Positions 20,838 through 30,281 of a DNA stretch of 64,000 nucleotides are shown piece by piece. The DNA is from a bacterium (GTDB taxonomy: Bacteria; Patescibacteriota; Minisyncoccia; Phycocordibacterales; UBA6065). Made by a program: the position numbers and the translations under genes. Position 1 is the first letter of the stretch. The number at the start of each line of letters is the position of its first letter. The stretch lies in NCBI GenBank assembly GCA_030680695.1, contig JAUXUT010000149.1, positions 103,801 to 167,800 of the forward strand, given 5' to 3'. The notes below the pieces were generated by a model. The model did not search any database, was not told the origin of the DNA, and saw nothing but the letters and a program-made list of their open reading frames with translations.

Positions 20838-21560
20838 ATGTCTGAGCAAGTCGTCCCAATCGTCCCTCTCATTGCCCTTGGTGGCGGTCCTGGTGCAGGA
20901 AAGTCAGAAATGAAAGAAATCCTCACCGAGAGACTCCGTCACTACGGCGTTAACGTCTGGTTCATCGAGGAAGTGGCGACAAGCCTCATTCTCAATGGCA
21001 TCAGACCCGATGTTCACGGCAAGTATTTCCAACAGATGCTTGCCAAGATTCAAATCGCTCATGAAGACAGTCAACTGAGCGAGGCGCGCAGCGCGCTCAG
21101 GCGATGGTCATGGAAACGCATCGTTGCCTTCGTGGACCGCGGTCTCCCTGATGGGGCCGGGTATCTCGCGGGAGATGATGTGCGGGCGGCGTTCGAGCAC
21201 GACATCCTGGTTGGGGATTCGGTCCTTGGTCTTAAAATGACCATGGACGATGTCTTTGCCCGGTATGTTGCCAATATTCACCTTGTGACCGCCGCGGACG
21301 GCGCACCCAAGGCGTATATGAGATTCCGGAAGAATAACCCTGCTCGGACCGAGACGGTCAAGCAGGCAAAATACCGGGACAGGCGTATTCTCGCCGCTTG
21401 GAACGATCACCCCAACGTCCGCGTCGTCAAAAACGTGAATGAGAGAGGAAAGACCATTTCTTTCGAACAGAAGACGGAGGTTGTCCTTGGGCACATTTTC
21501 GATATCCTTGGCATCCAGCCAGGTGAGAAGGTGTCCGAGATTGATCTCTCTGTCGGTTAG
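20838..21560 (+). CDS. P-loop NTPase / nucleoside-kinase-like ATPase
   Basis: Walker A GGGPGAGKSE. In-frame ATG at 20838 (MSEQVVPIV...). No further family assignment. Confidence 0.5.
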   Translation: MSEQVVPIVPLIALGGGPGAGKSEMKEILTERLRHYGVNVWFIEEVATSLILNGIRPDVHGKYFQQMLAKIQIAHEDSQLSEARSALRRWSWKRIVAFVDRGLPDGAGYLAGDDVRAAFEHDILVGDSVLGLKMTMDDVFARYVANIHLVTAADGAPKAYMRFRKNNPARTETVKQAKYRDRRILAAWNDHPNVRVVKNVNERGKTISFEQKTEVVLGHIFDILGIQPGEKVSEIDLSVG

Positions 21561-21563
21561 TTC

Positions 21564-21598
21564 GTGGCCTCGTCGAAAGACGAGGCCACTTTTTATTT
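21564..21598. terminator. Bidirectional rho-independent terminator
   Basis: gtggcctcgtc-gaaa-gacgaggccac plus ttttatttt, between convergent genes. Confidence 0.75.
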
Positions 21599-21600
21599 TC

Positions 21601-21990
21601 TTACGCGAAATATCCAACCCACGAAAGGTATGCGCCGATGACAAGCGCGATCACACCAGCGGCAGGCACTACTTTCGCATGAATCGCCCAGTCGCCACTG
21701 CGGTCAGCGAGGCCAGGGAATGTGACACAGATGATGCCTTTTACGAGCAGTCCCCATCCAAGTAATGAGACGACGACCTGCGAGAGGTTTCCCCATACAT
21801 TGTGCCCCATGATGTGCACGATACCCGCAGCCATTGCAACCATTCCGAAGAAAAGTACGGCGAACGATTCCTTTTCGAGGTCACGATAGATGGTGATGTA
21901 ATATTTCCTGCTGAAGAAGAATCCAAGAGCAACCGCTACAAGAATCGGCCCCCAGATCTGCGCGAAAAACGAAGTGAGTTCCATAGACAT
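21601..21990 (-). CDS. Small integral membrane protein (4 TM), hypothetical
   Basis: 129 aa, hydrophobic segments throughout. Confidence 0.4.
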   Translation of the reverse strand: MSMELTSFFAQIWGPILVAVALGFFFSRKYYITIYRDLEKESFAVLFFGMVAMAAGIVHIMGHNVWGNLSQVVVSLLGWGLLVKGIICVTFPGLADRSGDWAIHAKVVPAAGVIALVIGAYLSWVGYFA

Positions 21991-22170
21991 ATGTATTATC
22001 TTCTAACTACTTAAGCATAGCACCCTGGATTTTGTTGGCGACTGCCTCGGCGAGCTTGAGGTGCGCATCCTCGCCCAGAATCGCCGATAATGAGAATCCT
22101 TTTGGCGCCGGGTGTTTCCATATTTCAATTGTACTACGACTCGTCGTAGGTGATATAGCCGCAAGCCGCG

Positions 22171-23556
22171 CTACTGCTCGATCAATTCTGTGAATACAAC
22201 GAGCCTTTTTCCGTAGCTTTGGCTTATTGGATCCCATGCGCCAAAACACGACACGAGATTTAACCGCGTGCCTTGTTCGGAATGAAAAATCTCTGATGTG
22301 TCTGCTGTTGCATAGTACACTCGCTTTTCCTTAACGGCGAAACTGATGATGTTCCCATCGATGTCTTCGTAGGAAACAATGTCACCTATGACAAGATCTG
22401 ACAGATTGTCGAATACTGCCGCGCGTTTTTGGAACCAGCCATAGTGGCCGGTGATGACCGAGCTACCTTTTTCTCCTGGGACTGGGCCCTCTGAATATAC
22501 AGACACATCGTCTGGGGAAATTGGTGCGTCCATTGATCCGTCAGGCAGAAGTCCCGCATATCCAATTTTCGCATTCACACCAATAGCGGGAATGATGAGA
22601 CGAGAGTGGGGTCCAAGCAGGGGACGGCTCGTCTCTGTCACTTCATCGGGCCCTATGCCAGAGTTTGGCATATGCGGCGTCACTGGCGAATCGATAATAA
22701 TTATCGGATCATAATTCGAGACAGTTGTTGGTGGATAGGGGAAAATCCTGTTTACACCACTTCTGCCTCCTGATCTGCTGTTTGATCCAGAACTTGATTG
22801 AACTATAGGATCTGGATCGGTGCCTGGATCCGGGTCTGGCGTCACAGATGCACAGTCAGGAACCGAAACCACGTTCGAATCCAACGTGACCGCGCCATTT
22901 TGAGCCAGGACCCTGCCTTCAACCTCTGCTCCAGTGTCGAGCGTTACAGATGTGAGGGCAAGCAAGCTGCCTTTAAAGGTTGAATTGACGCCAAGGGTGG
23001 CTGAGCTTCCGACTTGCCAGAATACGTTGCACGCCTGAGCATCTCCTTCCAGGACGATCGAGCTGGAAACAGCTGTAATCAATGTTGATGCTGACTTGAA
23101 TATAAACACCGCACCTGGATTACCTGAAGCATCGAGTCTTAATGCACCTGTTATTTGAAAAGTTCCGTCTGCAGAGTCATATATTCCTGGACCTATTGTG
23201 GTCGCGCCAAGCTCGCTCGGTATGGTGGTTACTGGAGTTTGTCCTGCCGCATCATTGTACGCCGTGACCAATGCCGCCTTTGCAGATAGGGCAGTCGAAT
23301 CGGCAATATATTGAACACCGTTTACTATTCCTGGTCCAAAGCCAGTGACTGTGTTGTCCGGGCTTATACCGATGTCACCGTTGATAACCGTGAGACCGGT
23401 GTTCGTGATGGCGGATCCTGCCAAAACGGCGAATCCTCCAGCTGTACCAAAACCAACGGCTGTCGGGCCGACAGCATATGCCACAGGGCTGCTCACGAGG
23501 GTGGATATCAAGATGATAGCCACAACACGTATTCTACGTTGGATTGATACGTGCAT
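22171..23556 (-). CDS. Secreted fusion protein: DUF3494 (ice-binding-like beta-helix) domain plus C-terminal sortase catalytic domain
   Basis: Signal peptide. FAVLAGSAITNTG.TVINGDIGISP (DUF3494-like). Asp/Pro linker TPDPDPGTDPDP. Sortase triad context: VITGHYGW (His), NLVSCFG (TLxTC-like Cys), KRLVVFTEL (Arg). Confidence 0.6.
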   Translation of the reverse strand: MHVSIQRRIRVVAIILISTLVSSPVAYAVGPTAVGFGTAGGFAVLAGSAITNTGLTVINGDIGISPDNTVTGFGPGIVNGVQYIADSTALSAKAALVTAYNDAAGQTPVTTIPSELGATTIGPGIYDSADGTFQITGALRLDASGNPGAVFIFKSASTLITAVSSSIVLEGDAQACNVFWQVGSSATLGVNSTFKGSLLALTSVTLDTGAEVEGRVLAQNGAVTLDSNVVSVPDCASVTPDPDPGTDPDPIVQSSSGSNSRSGGRSGVNRIFPYPPTTVSNYDPIIIIDSPVTPHMPNSGIGPDEVTETSRPLLGPHSRLIIPAIGVNAKIGYAGLLPDGSMDAPISPDDVSVYSEGPVPGEKGSSVITGHYGWFQKRAAVFDNLSDLVIGDIVSYEDIDGNIISFAVKEKRVYYATADTSEIFHSEQGTRLNLVSCFGAWDPISQSYGKRLVVFTELIEQ

Positions 23557-23929
23557 AATTTATGTTTTAGGGGACCGTTCCTTAATTTGATTCTATCATA
23601 AATATATACATTTTGTCAAGACCACACCTCGAGGGCTTTTACATGTCTATTATCGTTCCGAGTTCGAGCCCATGACGGGTGCTCAAAACCTTTCCTCCTA
23701 AACGGCGATTTCAGCCGTCCTGGTCGGTCTCACATGACTGTTGCCGTCCTCTCCATCGGTCCTTACAGGACCAGTACCCTGATTGGATTTTTTCTTCGCC
23801 ACAAGAAGGAGAGTGGCTCGAAAAAATGCTCAATCAGGTTTCGATTCCAAGACGCGAGTCCACTGGACTCGCTTCACCTTCAGACACGCAGCAAAATACC
23901 CAGATATCATCTGGGTATTTTGCTGCGTG

Positions 23930-24000
23930 TTGCCGGACTTGGAATCGAACCAAAATTTTCGCTTTCAGAGAGCGACGTCCTACCTTTAGACGATCCGGCA
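23930..24000 (-). tRNA. tRNA-Gln (CUG)
   Basis: Reverse complement tgccgga-t-c-gtct..ggac-g-tcgct-cTCTGAAa-agcga-..tttgg-ttcgatt-ccaag-tccggca-a, with acceptor and T stems paired. Confidence 0.85.
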
Positions 24001-24126
24001 ATTTATGATGCGGCCCGGCGAGGGGCGGGAAGTGGGCGTACCGTACGCCCGCATGGCCGCGATGTCCATAGAAATTAACACAATTGGCGTTTAAAATAAA
24101 GCCTATTCTCTGATATCATACTGTCC

Positions 24127-25056
24127 ATGATTCTCACAACGGTCGTGATGCCGGTCTTGGCCCTGGTTCTGATATTCCTTTTCAGTATCCAGAAGTTCTC
24201 GAACCAGATACGCAAAATTGCGGGCGAGAAGTTCAAGGGCTACCTGAACGCGTTCACAGAGACACCTATTAAAGGCTTTCTGGCTGGTACGTTTTTCACC
24301 GCGCTTGTTCAATCTTCGACTGCGACCACTGTTCTTGTTGTATCGCTCGTCAACGCGGGCGTTCTTACTTTTTACAAGGCTCTGGGCGTAATATTCGGTG
24401 CGAACCTTGGCACGTCGCTTATCACCCAGTTGGTCGCGTTCAATGTGGCGAACATCGCGCCGTACTTTATCGTACTCGGATTTCTCGTCGGGTACCTGGG
24501 CCGTGGGTACAAACATTGGGGCAAGCCGATATTTTATTTCGGTATGGTGTTTCTCTCGCTATCGCTTATCACAAGCTATGTCGAGCCTTTGCGCACCAAT
24601 CCAGAAGTGTTGGTTTTCTTTGCCAACATCACGAATATTTATTGGGCGATAATTGTCGGCACTATATTCACCATTATTGTTCAGGCGTCGACTGTGACCT
24701 CTGGCATGACGGTACTTCTCGCTGCATCGGGTCTTCTTTCGATGGAGCAGGCGGTCGGTCTTATCCTTGGTGCAAACTTGGGTACGACCGTGACGGCGCT
24801 CGTGGCATCGATCGGTATGAATAACGCCGCGTACAAGGCGGCGCTCGCACATTTCTTGTTTAACCTCATTGGGACAATTATTTTGTTGCCGTTCGTTGTT
24901 CCGTTCAGTGCGCTCATTGGGTCTTTGGGTGGCTCGCTCGAGCATCAGGTGGCGAACATACATCTCATCTTCAACTTCTTGATGGCGGTTACGTTCCTCA
25001 TATTCATCAGTCCGTTCGAGAAACTTGTGAACAAAATCGCGGGGTCGCAATCATAA
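24127..25056 (+). CDS. Na+/phosphate cotransporter family protein (NptA/YjbB-like, no PhoU domain)
   Basis: Duplicated QSSSATTVLVVSL...GANLGTS / QASTVTSGMTVLL...GANLGTT motifs. Confidence 0.8.
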   Translation: MILTTVVMPVLALVLIFLFSIQKFSNQIRKIAGEKFKGYLNAFTETPIKGFLAGTFFTALVQSSTATTVLVVSLVNAGVLTFYKALGVIFGANLGTSLITQLVAFNVANIAPYFIVLGFLVGYLGRGYKHWGKPIFYFGMVFLSLSLITSYVEPLRTNPEVLVFFANITNIYWAIIVGTIFTIIVQASTVTSGMTVLLAASGLLSMEQAVGLILGANLGTTVTALVASIGMNNAAYKAALAHFLFNLIGTIILLPFVVPFSALIGSLGGSLEHQVANIHLIFNFLMAVTFLIFISPFEKLVNKIAGSQS

Positions 25057-25063
25057 AATAAAC

Positions 25064-25441
25064 ATGGAAGAGTTCGAGAAAATGGCAGCAGATGCATACG
25101 AACGCTTGCCAGACTGGGTGAAAGCCAAGGTTAAAAACGTCGCCATCATTGTCGAGGACGTGGTATCCGCGGACACCATGCAAGAAATGAAACTCGAATC
25201 GAATATGGATTTGCTCGGACTTTATACTGGCATATCGCTCGTTGATCGCGACTATGGCTCGCCATTTGCCTTGCCCGACACCATACATCTGTATCGTTTG
25301 CCGATTGAGGAAGAGGCGGCACTGTCAGGCGAGCCCGTCGCCGATGTTGTTTACGAGACGATTTGGCACGAAATTGCCCATCATTTTGGCCTTGACGAGG
25401 ACGGGGTAGAGAAGCGCGAGAAGGAGGAATTTGGTGGCTGA
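25064..25441 (+). CDS. Zincin-like metallopeptidase family protein (HExxH)
   Basis: WHEIAHHFG HExxH motif in a roughly 125-aa protein. Confidence 0.55.
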   Translation: MEEFEKMAADAYERLPDWVKAKVKNVAIIVEDVVSADTMQEMKLESNMDLLGLYTGISLVDRDYGSPFALPDTIHLYRLPIEEEAALSGEPVADVVYETIWHEIAHHFGLDEDGVEKREKEEFGG

Positions 25442-25465
25442 ACGAGGCCGTCTTTTCCATGCTTG

Positions 25466-25494
25466 ACTTCTCTAGTCAAATTTGCTATAATAGA
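25466..25494 (+). promoter_or_regulatory. Sigma70-like promoter TTGACT-17-TATAAT upstream of the DEAD-box helicase gene (about 100-nt structured leader)
   Basis: ttgacttctctagtcaaatttgctataat. The leader contains hairpin atggttggcgctacggcgtaaaccat. Confidence 0.55.
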
Positions 25495-25592
25495 AGGATA
25501 GTAACTTAATGGTTGGCGCTACGGCGTAAACCATGACTTGAATCTCTCGTCATATCTTGTGACTTGGCAGACTCGGGTCACCAATAAAGATA

Positions 25593-27113
25593 ATGACCAA
25601 ACCAAAAATAGTAGGCGCCTCCACGGAGGCTGTTGTTGCCGTTCCTGTAGAGTTTAAAGACCTCGGTATTCAACCTGACATACTCGAAATCCTTAACAAG
25701 GCAGGCTTTGTGACGCCGACACCTATCCAGCACAAGGTGATCCCAACGGGCATCGAAGGCAAGGACATCATTGGTATCGCTCAGACGGGAACCGGCAAGA
25801 CGCTCGGCTTCGGTATTCCAATGCTTCATCGTATTCGCGGCGACAAGGGCCGTGGTCTTGTTGTTCTCCCAACGCGTGAACTCGCGTTGCAGGTTGACGA
25901 AACTTTGCGCAAGATCGGAGGTCCTCTTGGCCTTGTGACTTCCGTTTGTATCGGTGGTGATTCTATGACTCGCCAGATGCGCGAGCTCAAACATGATCCG
26001 CATGTCGTTATCGGCACACCTGGACGCCTTATCGACCATCTCAAACGCGCGACCCTTAACCTCGCCAAAATAAATTGCCTCGTCCTCGACGAAGCAGACC
26101 ACATGTTTGACATCGGTTTCGCCCCACAGATTCGCGAGATTTTGAAACGCGTACCAAAGGAGCGCCAGACGATGTTGTTTTCGGCTACCATGCCAAATGA
26201 AATCGCATCGCTTGCTATGGAGCACATGAAGTTGCCTTTGCGCATCGAAGTTGCCCCTGCCGGAACTGCTGCAGAAAAAGTAGAGCAGGAAATAATCGTC
26301 GTTGAAAAGCGCGCGAAGTTTAACCTTCTCGTAAAGCTTCTCGGTGAATATGCAGGATCGGTGCTTGTGTTCAATCGTACTAAACACGGTGCGGCAGATA
26401 TTTCTCGTGACTTGCGCCAGATTGGCATCACCGCGACTGAAATCCACTCGAACCGATCGCTCGGACAGAGGCGCATGGCCCTCGACGGATTCAAGAAGGG
26501 CACATATCGCGTGTTGGTTGCGACCGACATTGCGGCTCGCGGCATCGATGTCAAAAACATCTCGCTCGTCGTGAACTTCGACCTTCCAGAGCAGTCCGAA
26601 GACTATGTGCACCGCATCGGCCGAACTGGCCGTGCTGGTGCAGAAGGTAAGGCGATTTCATTTGCCATGCCTGACCAGAAACGCGACATCATGTCGATCG
26701 AGCGTCTGATCAAGAGGGTTATCCCAACGAAAAGCCATGAAGGTGCGGCAATGTATGACGGTGGTTTCAGTGGCCCGTCTCGCGGCGGATATCGCGGTCG
26801 CGGTGGATACCGTGGCGGCGCATCGCGCGGTGGTAGTGGTGGTGGATACCGCGGCGGAAGCTCTCGCGGATATAACAGTGGTGCCCCAGCGCGCTCTGCC
26901 GGTCCATCTCGATTCGGTCCTCGCCCTTCATACGGCGGATCATCACGATCGGCGGCCCCAGGCGCATCCACCGGCCCGTCTCGTGGTTTCTCGCGTGGAG
27001 GCGGCGGCGGACGATCTGCATTCCCACGCCCACGCAACACTGACTCTTCTAAGTCAGGCAATGGCGGCATCGGTGCAGGCTATCGCCGCGTGTTCCGAAA
27101 AGGAGTTCGATAG
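25593..27113 (+). CDS. DEAD-box ATP-dependent RNA helicase with C-terminal RGG/YRG-rich tail
   Basis: Q-motif, AQTGTGKT, PTRELA, DEAD (VLDEADHMFD), SAT, HRIGRTGRAG. C-terminal GGYRGRGGYRGG repeats. Confidence 0.9.
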   Translation: MTKPKIVGASTEAVVAVPVEFKDLGIQPDILEILNKAGFVTPTPIQHKVIPTGIEGKDIIGIAQTGTGKTLGFGIPMLHRIRGDKGRGLVVLPTRELALQVDETLRKIGGPLGLVTSVCIGGDSMTRQMRELKHDPHVVIGTPGRLIDHLKRATLNLAKINCLVLDEADHMFDIGFAPQIREILKRVPKERQTMLFSATMPNEIASLAMEHMKLPLRIEVAPAGTAAEKVEQEIIVVEKRAKFNLLVKLLGEYAGSVLVFNRTKHGAADISRDLRQIGITATEIHSNRSLGQRRMALDGFKKGTYRVLVATDIAARGIDVKNISLVVNFDLPEQSEDYVHRIGRTGRAGAEGKAISFAMPDQKRDIMSIERLIKRVIPTKSHEGAAMYDGGFSGPSRGGYRGRGGYRGGASRGGSGGGYRGGSSRGYNSGAPARSAGPSRFGPRPSYGGSSRSAAPGASTGPSRGFSRGGGGGRSAFPRPRNTDSSKSGNGGIGAGYRRVFRKGVR

Positions 27114-27122
27114 AAAAGGCCG

Positions 27123-28388
27123 TTGACACGCCTCGTCAGCAGGCGTAGTCTTCGCAATAGAATGTCCTCTAAAAACGACTTTTACGTCGTGCGGGAGACG
27201 AAATTCCCGCAACCAATAGGTCATCCAGTTTTTATTATGGCGAGCCCGATTCTCCAGTTTGTCTGGCAAGCTAGCCATATAAAACATGTTTTCAGGTCAG
27301 GGATGTTGAAGCGTAGAGTCCCGGCTGAGCGGTGCGAGACGACGGCGGATCACACCGCTGTCGGCTTTATTATGATGTCCGTTCTCGTCGGCAAGGAATA
27401 CAATCCGGCCTTCCGGCTCCGTACCTTCGAGCAGTGGTCTGTTCATGACTTGGCAGAGAGCGGGCCGTTCGGCGACACACCGCCGGGCGAGATACCCGAA
27501 TATCACAAGAAATGGATGGAGCACACGTGGTTTAAAATAATCACGGAGTCTGTTCCAGGTAAGGATCGTCTCAGGGCACTGTTTGCGGCATACGATACGG
27601 GCATCACGCCCGAAGCCATCGTCGACAAGCAGACAGACAAGCTTGAGGCGGTCGCATATTCGGTGCCGATGAGCTGGCGATACCACGGGGTCGTGCCAGA
27701 GAGATTCATCGAACGACGCAAGGGATATTTCTCTGTCGAGCCCCACAAGGGCTTGTATGAGGAAATCGCTCGTATCGTCATGGAGAATCCTCCGCGACGC
27801 ATGCAAGAGCGCACGTATGCCCGTATGTCGGGACGTGCGAAGCATCCGCGACCGTGCGATCTTCCCATGTTCGCAAAGGCGAGCCCGCTCCTCCAGTTTG
27901 TTTGGCAGGCGAGCAACATCAAGCATGTCTACAATCCGAGGTTCCTTCACTCCGCCATTCCTCCGGAAAAGCGAGAGACTGTCGGTGATCACATCACTGG
28001 TGGACTCTCGATCATTGTGTCGCTCTTCGGTGGTGGGTGCGATCCGTGCAAACGGTTACGTATTTATGAACTGTGGGCGGTGGCGCATCTTGATGATGTG
28101 TTGCTCGAAGTAGTCGGGCCGCGGATTCCTGGTTGGGGTCGTATCAAGGCCTTGGTTGTCGAATTAAGGGAAGGCAAGACAGAGGAAGCGCAGATAGTGA
28201 GGCAGCTTGGACCGCTCGAGACTGCACTGTATGCGATTACTCTGGGTTGGCATATTCCCGAGTTCGACCCATGGCCACATCTAGACAGGTTGGAAGGGTT
28301 CCTTACGGTCCCGGCCTTCGTCGAGTTATACCAGGAGGCGCGGACACTGCTCGAGAAATCCCGGCCGCGTTCGGCCCAGTCGACATGA
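27123..28388 (+). CDS. Protein with two tandem YfbR-like HD (HD_3) phosphohydrolase domains
   Basis: Internal repeat: ASPILQFVWQASHIKHV..RVPAERCETTADHTA and ASPLLQFVWQASNIKHVYNPRF...EKRETVGDHITG. Confidence 0.55.
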   Translation: MTRLVSRRSLRNRMSSKNDFYVVRETKFPQPIGHPVFIMASPILQFVWQASHIKHVFRSGMLKRRVPAERCETTADHTAVGFIMMSVLVGKEYNPAFRLRTFEQWSVHDLAESGPFGDTPPGEIPEYHKKWMEHTWFKIITESVPGKDRLRALFAAYDTGITPEAIVDKQTDKLEAVAYSVPMSWRYHGVVPERFIERRKGYFSVEPHKGLYEEIARIVMENPPRRMQERTYARMSGRAKHPRPCDLPMFAKASPLLQFVWQASNIKHVYNPRFLHSAIPPEKRETVGDHITGGLSIIVSLFGGGCDPCKRLRIYELWAVAHLDDVLLEVVGPRIPGWGRIKALVVELREGKTEEAQIVRQLGPLETALYAITLGWHIPEFDPWPHLDRLEGFLTVPAFVELYQEARTLLEKSRPRSAQST

Positions 28389-28432
28389 AGTTAACATGAC
28401 AACAGTTTGATCATTTTGGTTTTTGTTTTGCG

Positions 28433-28461
28433 AGACCGCCCAGTAATGGGTGGTCTTTTTT
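28433..28461 (+). terminator. Rho-independent terminator
   Basis: agaccgccca-gtaa-tgggtggtct plus tttttt. Confidence 0.7.
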
Positions 28462-28612
28462 CATACCTGGGACATTTGATTAGTTTTTCATCAAATAAAC
28501 CACGGTGTCGGAAATCATATATGTGCGCGGCGGCGCCTCGCGCCGCTTCGCGGCGCACCGGCGCCGCGCACCCACTGTCAATAATTCCCAAAATACGTTA
28601 GTATGGCCGTCT

Positions 28613-30145
28613 ATGGCCAACGGCAAGCAGGGCGACGTCGTCCTTAGGTTCGACGAGGTGTCCTTCAATTTTGGGCACAACCATCCGATTCTCACAGAAG
28701 CGGACTTTTCCGTGCGCCGCGGATCGAAGGTAACCCTGATGGGCCAGAACGGCGCGGGCAAGTCTACGATATTCAAGCTCATCACAGGCGAGCATAAGGC
28801 CGAGGCGGGCTCTGTCATCGTCACTCCGGGCAACTCTATCGCCATATCGCGCCAGGTTATACCGCGATCGGAAATGGAACTGACCGTACGGGACTTTTTT
28901 CTCAAGGCCCTTACAGGTAAAACAGGCCAGGATGCCATAGACGAGTTCAAGATATACGACATAGACCCCCGTATGGACAGGGTCCTCGATGCTGTGGATT
29001 TCCCAGGACGTTCGCAGGCTCAGGGCACGGGCAAGGCCCAGGTCGCGGGCATTTCCGAACGCATCGTGAAATCCTTTTCCGGCGGCCAGCAGGCGCGGCT
29101 TTTGCTCGCGTCGGCCCTTATACAAGATCCGGGAATACTGCTTTTGGACGAGCCAACCAACAACTTGGATCATTCGGGAATTGATCACCTGAAAACTTTC
29201 CTTAAGGCGTATCCGAAAACCGTTCTCGTCATTTCCCACGATGCTGAATTCCTCAATTCATTCACCGACGGCGTTTTGTATCTCGACATTCATACCAAAA
29301 AGGTGGAACAGTACATGGGCGACTATTACGACGTGTTGAAAGACATCACGGCCCGCGTGGAAAGGGAAAATCGCGCCAACGCATTGCTTGCCAAAGAAAT
29401 TCAGGCCAAGAAAGACCAGGCAAACATGTTCGCGAACAAAGGAGGCCAGATGCGTATCGTGGCAAAACGCATGCGCGAGAAGGCCGAAGCCCTGGAAGAA
29501 GAAATCGTCGAGGTGCGCCAGGAAGACAAGACCATCAGGAAATTCGTCATCCCATCCCAGCCTGAATTCACGGGGGAAATCATGAACATATCGTCATACC
29601 TCGTCATTAAAAACCACAAGCCGACGCGCCGCACGTGCTCGATTGTCCTCAAACGGAAACAACACCTTCTGTTAAAGGGCCCGAACGGCATAGGGAAGTC
29701 GACGCTCCTCGAATCATTGGCTCGCGGCACGGCAGAAGGAGCGACCATCGCCGACGGCGTGCGCGTCGGATATTATCGCCAGGATTTCTCGACCCTCAAT
29801 TTCGAACACACGGTCCATGATGCGTTGTTCGCGGCGTCTGCCACCCATATCGAACAGGACATACGGTCTGTAGCGGCAGGATTTTTAATCCGCGGCGACA
29901 TGATGGACACCAAAGTAGGGGCATTGTCGGAAGGGCAGAAGGGGTTGGTGGCCTTTGCCTGCCTCGTCTTGCAGAAGCCGGGACTTTTGATACTCGACGA
30001 GCCGACCAACCATATAAATTTCCGCCATATTCCAGTCATAGCCCAAGCCCTGCATGATTATGAAGGGGCCATGATATTGGTGTCGCACGTCCCAGAATTC
30101 GTGGAGAAGATTAGGATTGATGAGACTCTCGATCTCGGAAAATAG
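28613..30145 (+). CDS. ABC-F family ATPase (EttA/ARE-like translation factor, two ABC domains, no TM domain)
   Basis: Walker A GQNGAGKST and GPNGIGKST, two LSGGQ-type signatures, inter-domain linker. Start taken at ATG 28613 (MANGKQGDVVLRF). Confidence 0.85.
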   Translation: MANGKQGDVVLRFDEVSFNFGHNHPILTEADFSVRRGSKVTLMGQNGAGKSTIFKLITGEHKAEAGSVIVTPGNSIAISRQVIPRSEMELTVRDFFLKALTGKTGQDAIDEFKIYDIDPRMDRVLDAVDFPGRSQAQGTGKAQVAGISERIVKSFSGGQQARLLLASALIQDPGILLLDEPTNNLDHSGIDHLKTFLKAYPKTVLVISHDAEFLNSFTDGVLYLDIHTKKVEQYMGDYYDVLKDITARVERENRANALLAKEIQAKKDQANMFANKGGQMRIVAKRMREKAEALEEEIVEVRQEDKTIRKFVIPSQPEFTGEIMNISSYLVIKNHKPTRRTCSIVLKRKQHLLLKGPNGIGKSTLLESLARGTAEGATIADGVRVGYYRQDFSTLNFEHTVHDALFAASATHIEQDIRSVAAGFLIRGDMMDTKVGALSEGQKGLVAFACLVLQKPGLLILDEPTNHINFRHIPVIAQALHDYEGAMILVSHVPEFVEKIRIDETLDLGK

Positions 30146-30281
30146 CTTTTGAACTAGCCTTGAATTTCTCCTATATTGCCAGGATAGTTCCTGCGTTCAG
30201 AGTGGCTATACCTGTGAGCTTGAGAGCATTAATAATTGCAGGCCGATTTATTTTACAGCAAAGAATAACGGAGAAAATTAC

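Noticed and set aside
23670-23930. tmRNA, SRP RNA or RNase P RNA in the ORF-free region next to tRNA-Gln
   Set aside because: Searched by eye for tmRNA 5' GGGG..TTCGAC and 3' T-arm-CCA, the SRP GGAAGCAGCC motif and the RNase P AGGAAAGTCCGGGCTC motif on both strands. None present. Kept only as an unexplained non-coding region.
25578-26612. 344-aa and 244-aa minus-strand ORFs antisense to the DEAD-box helicase
   Set aside because: The plus-strand frame carries all DEAD-box motifs (Q, I, Ia, II, III, VI). The antisense frames have none.
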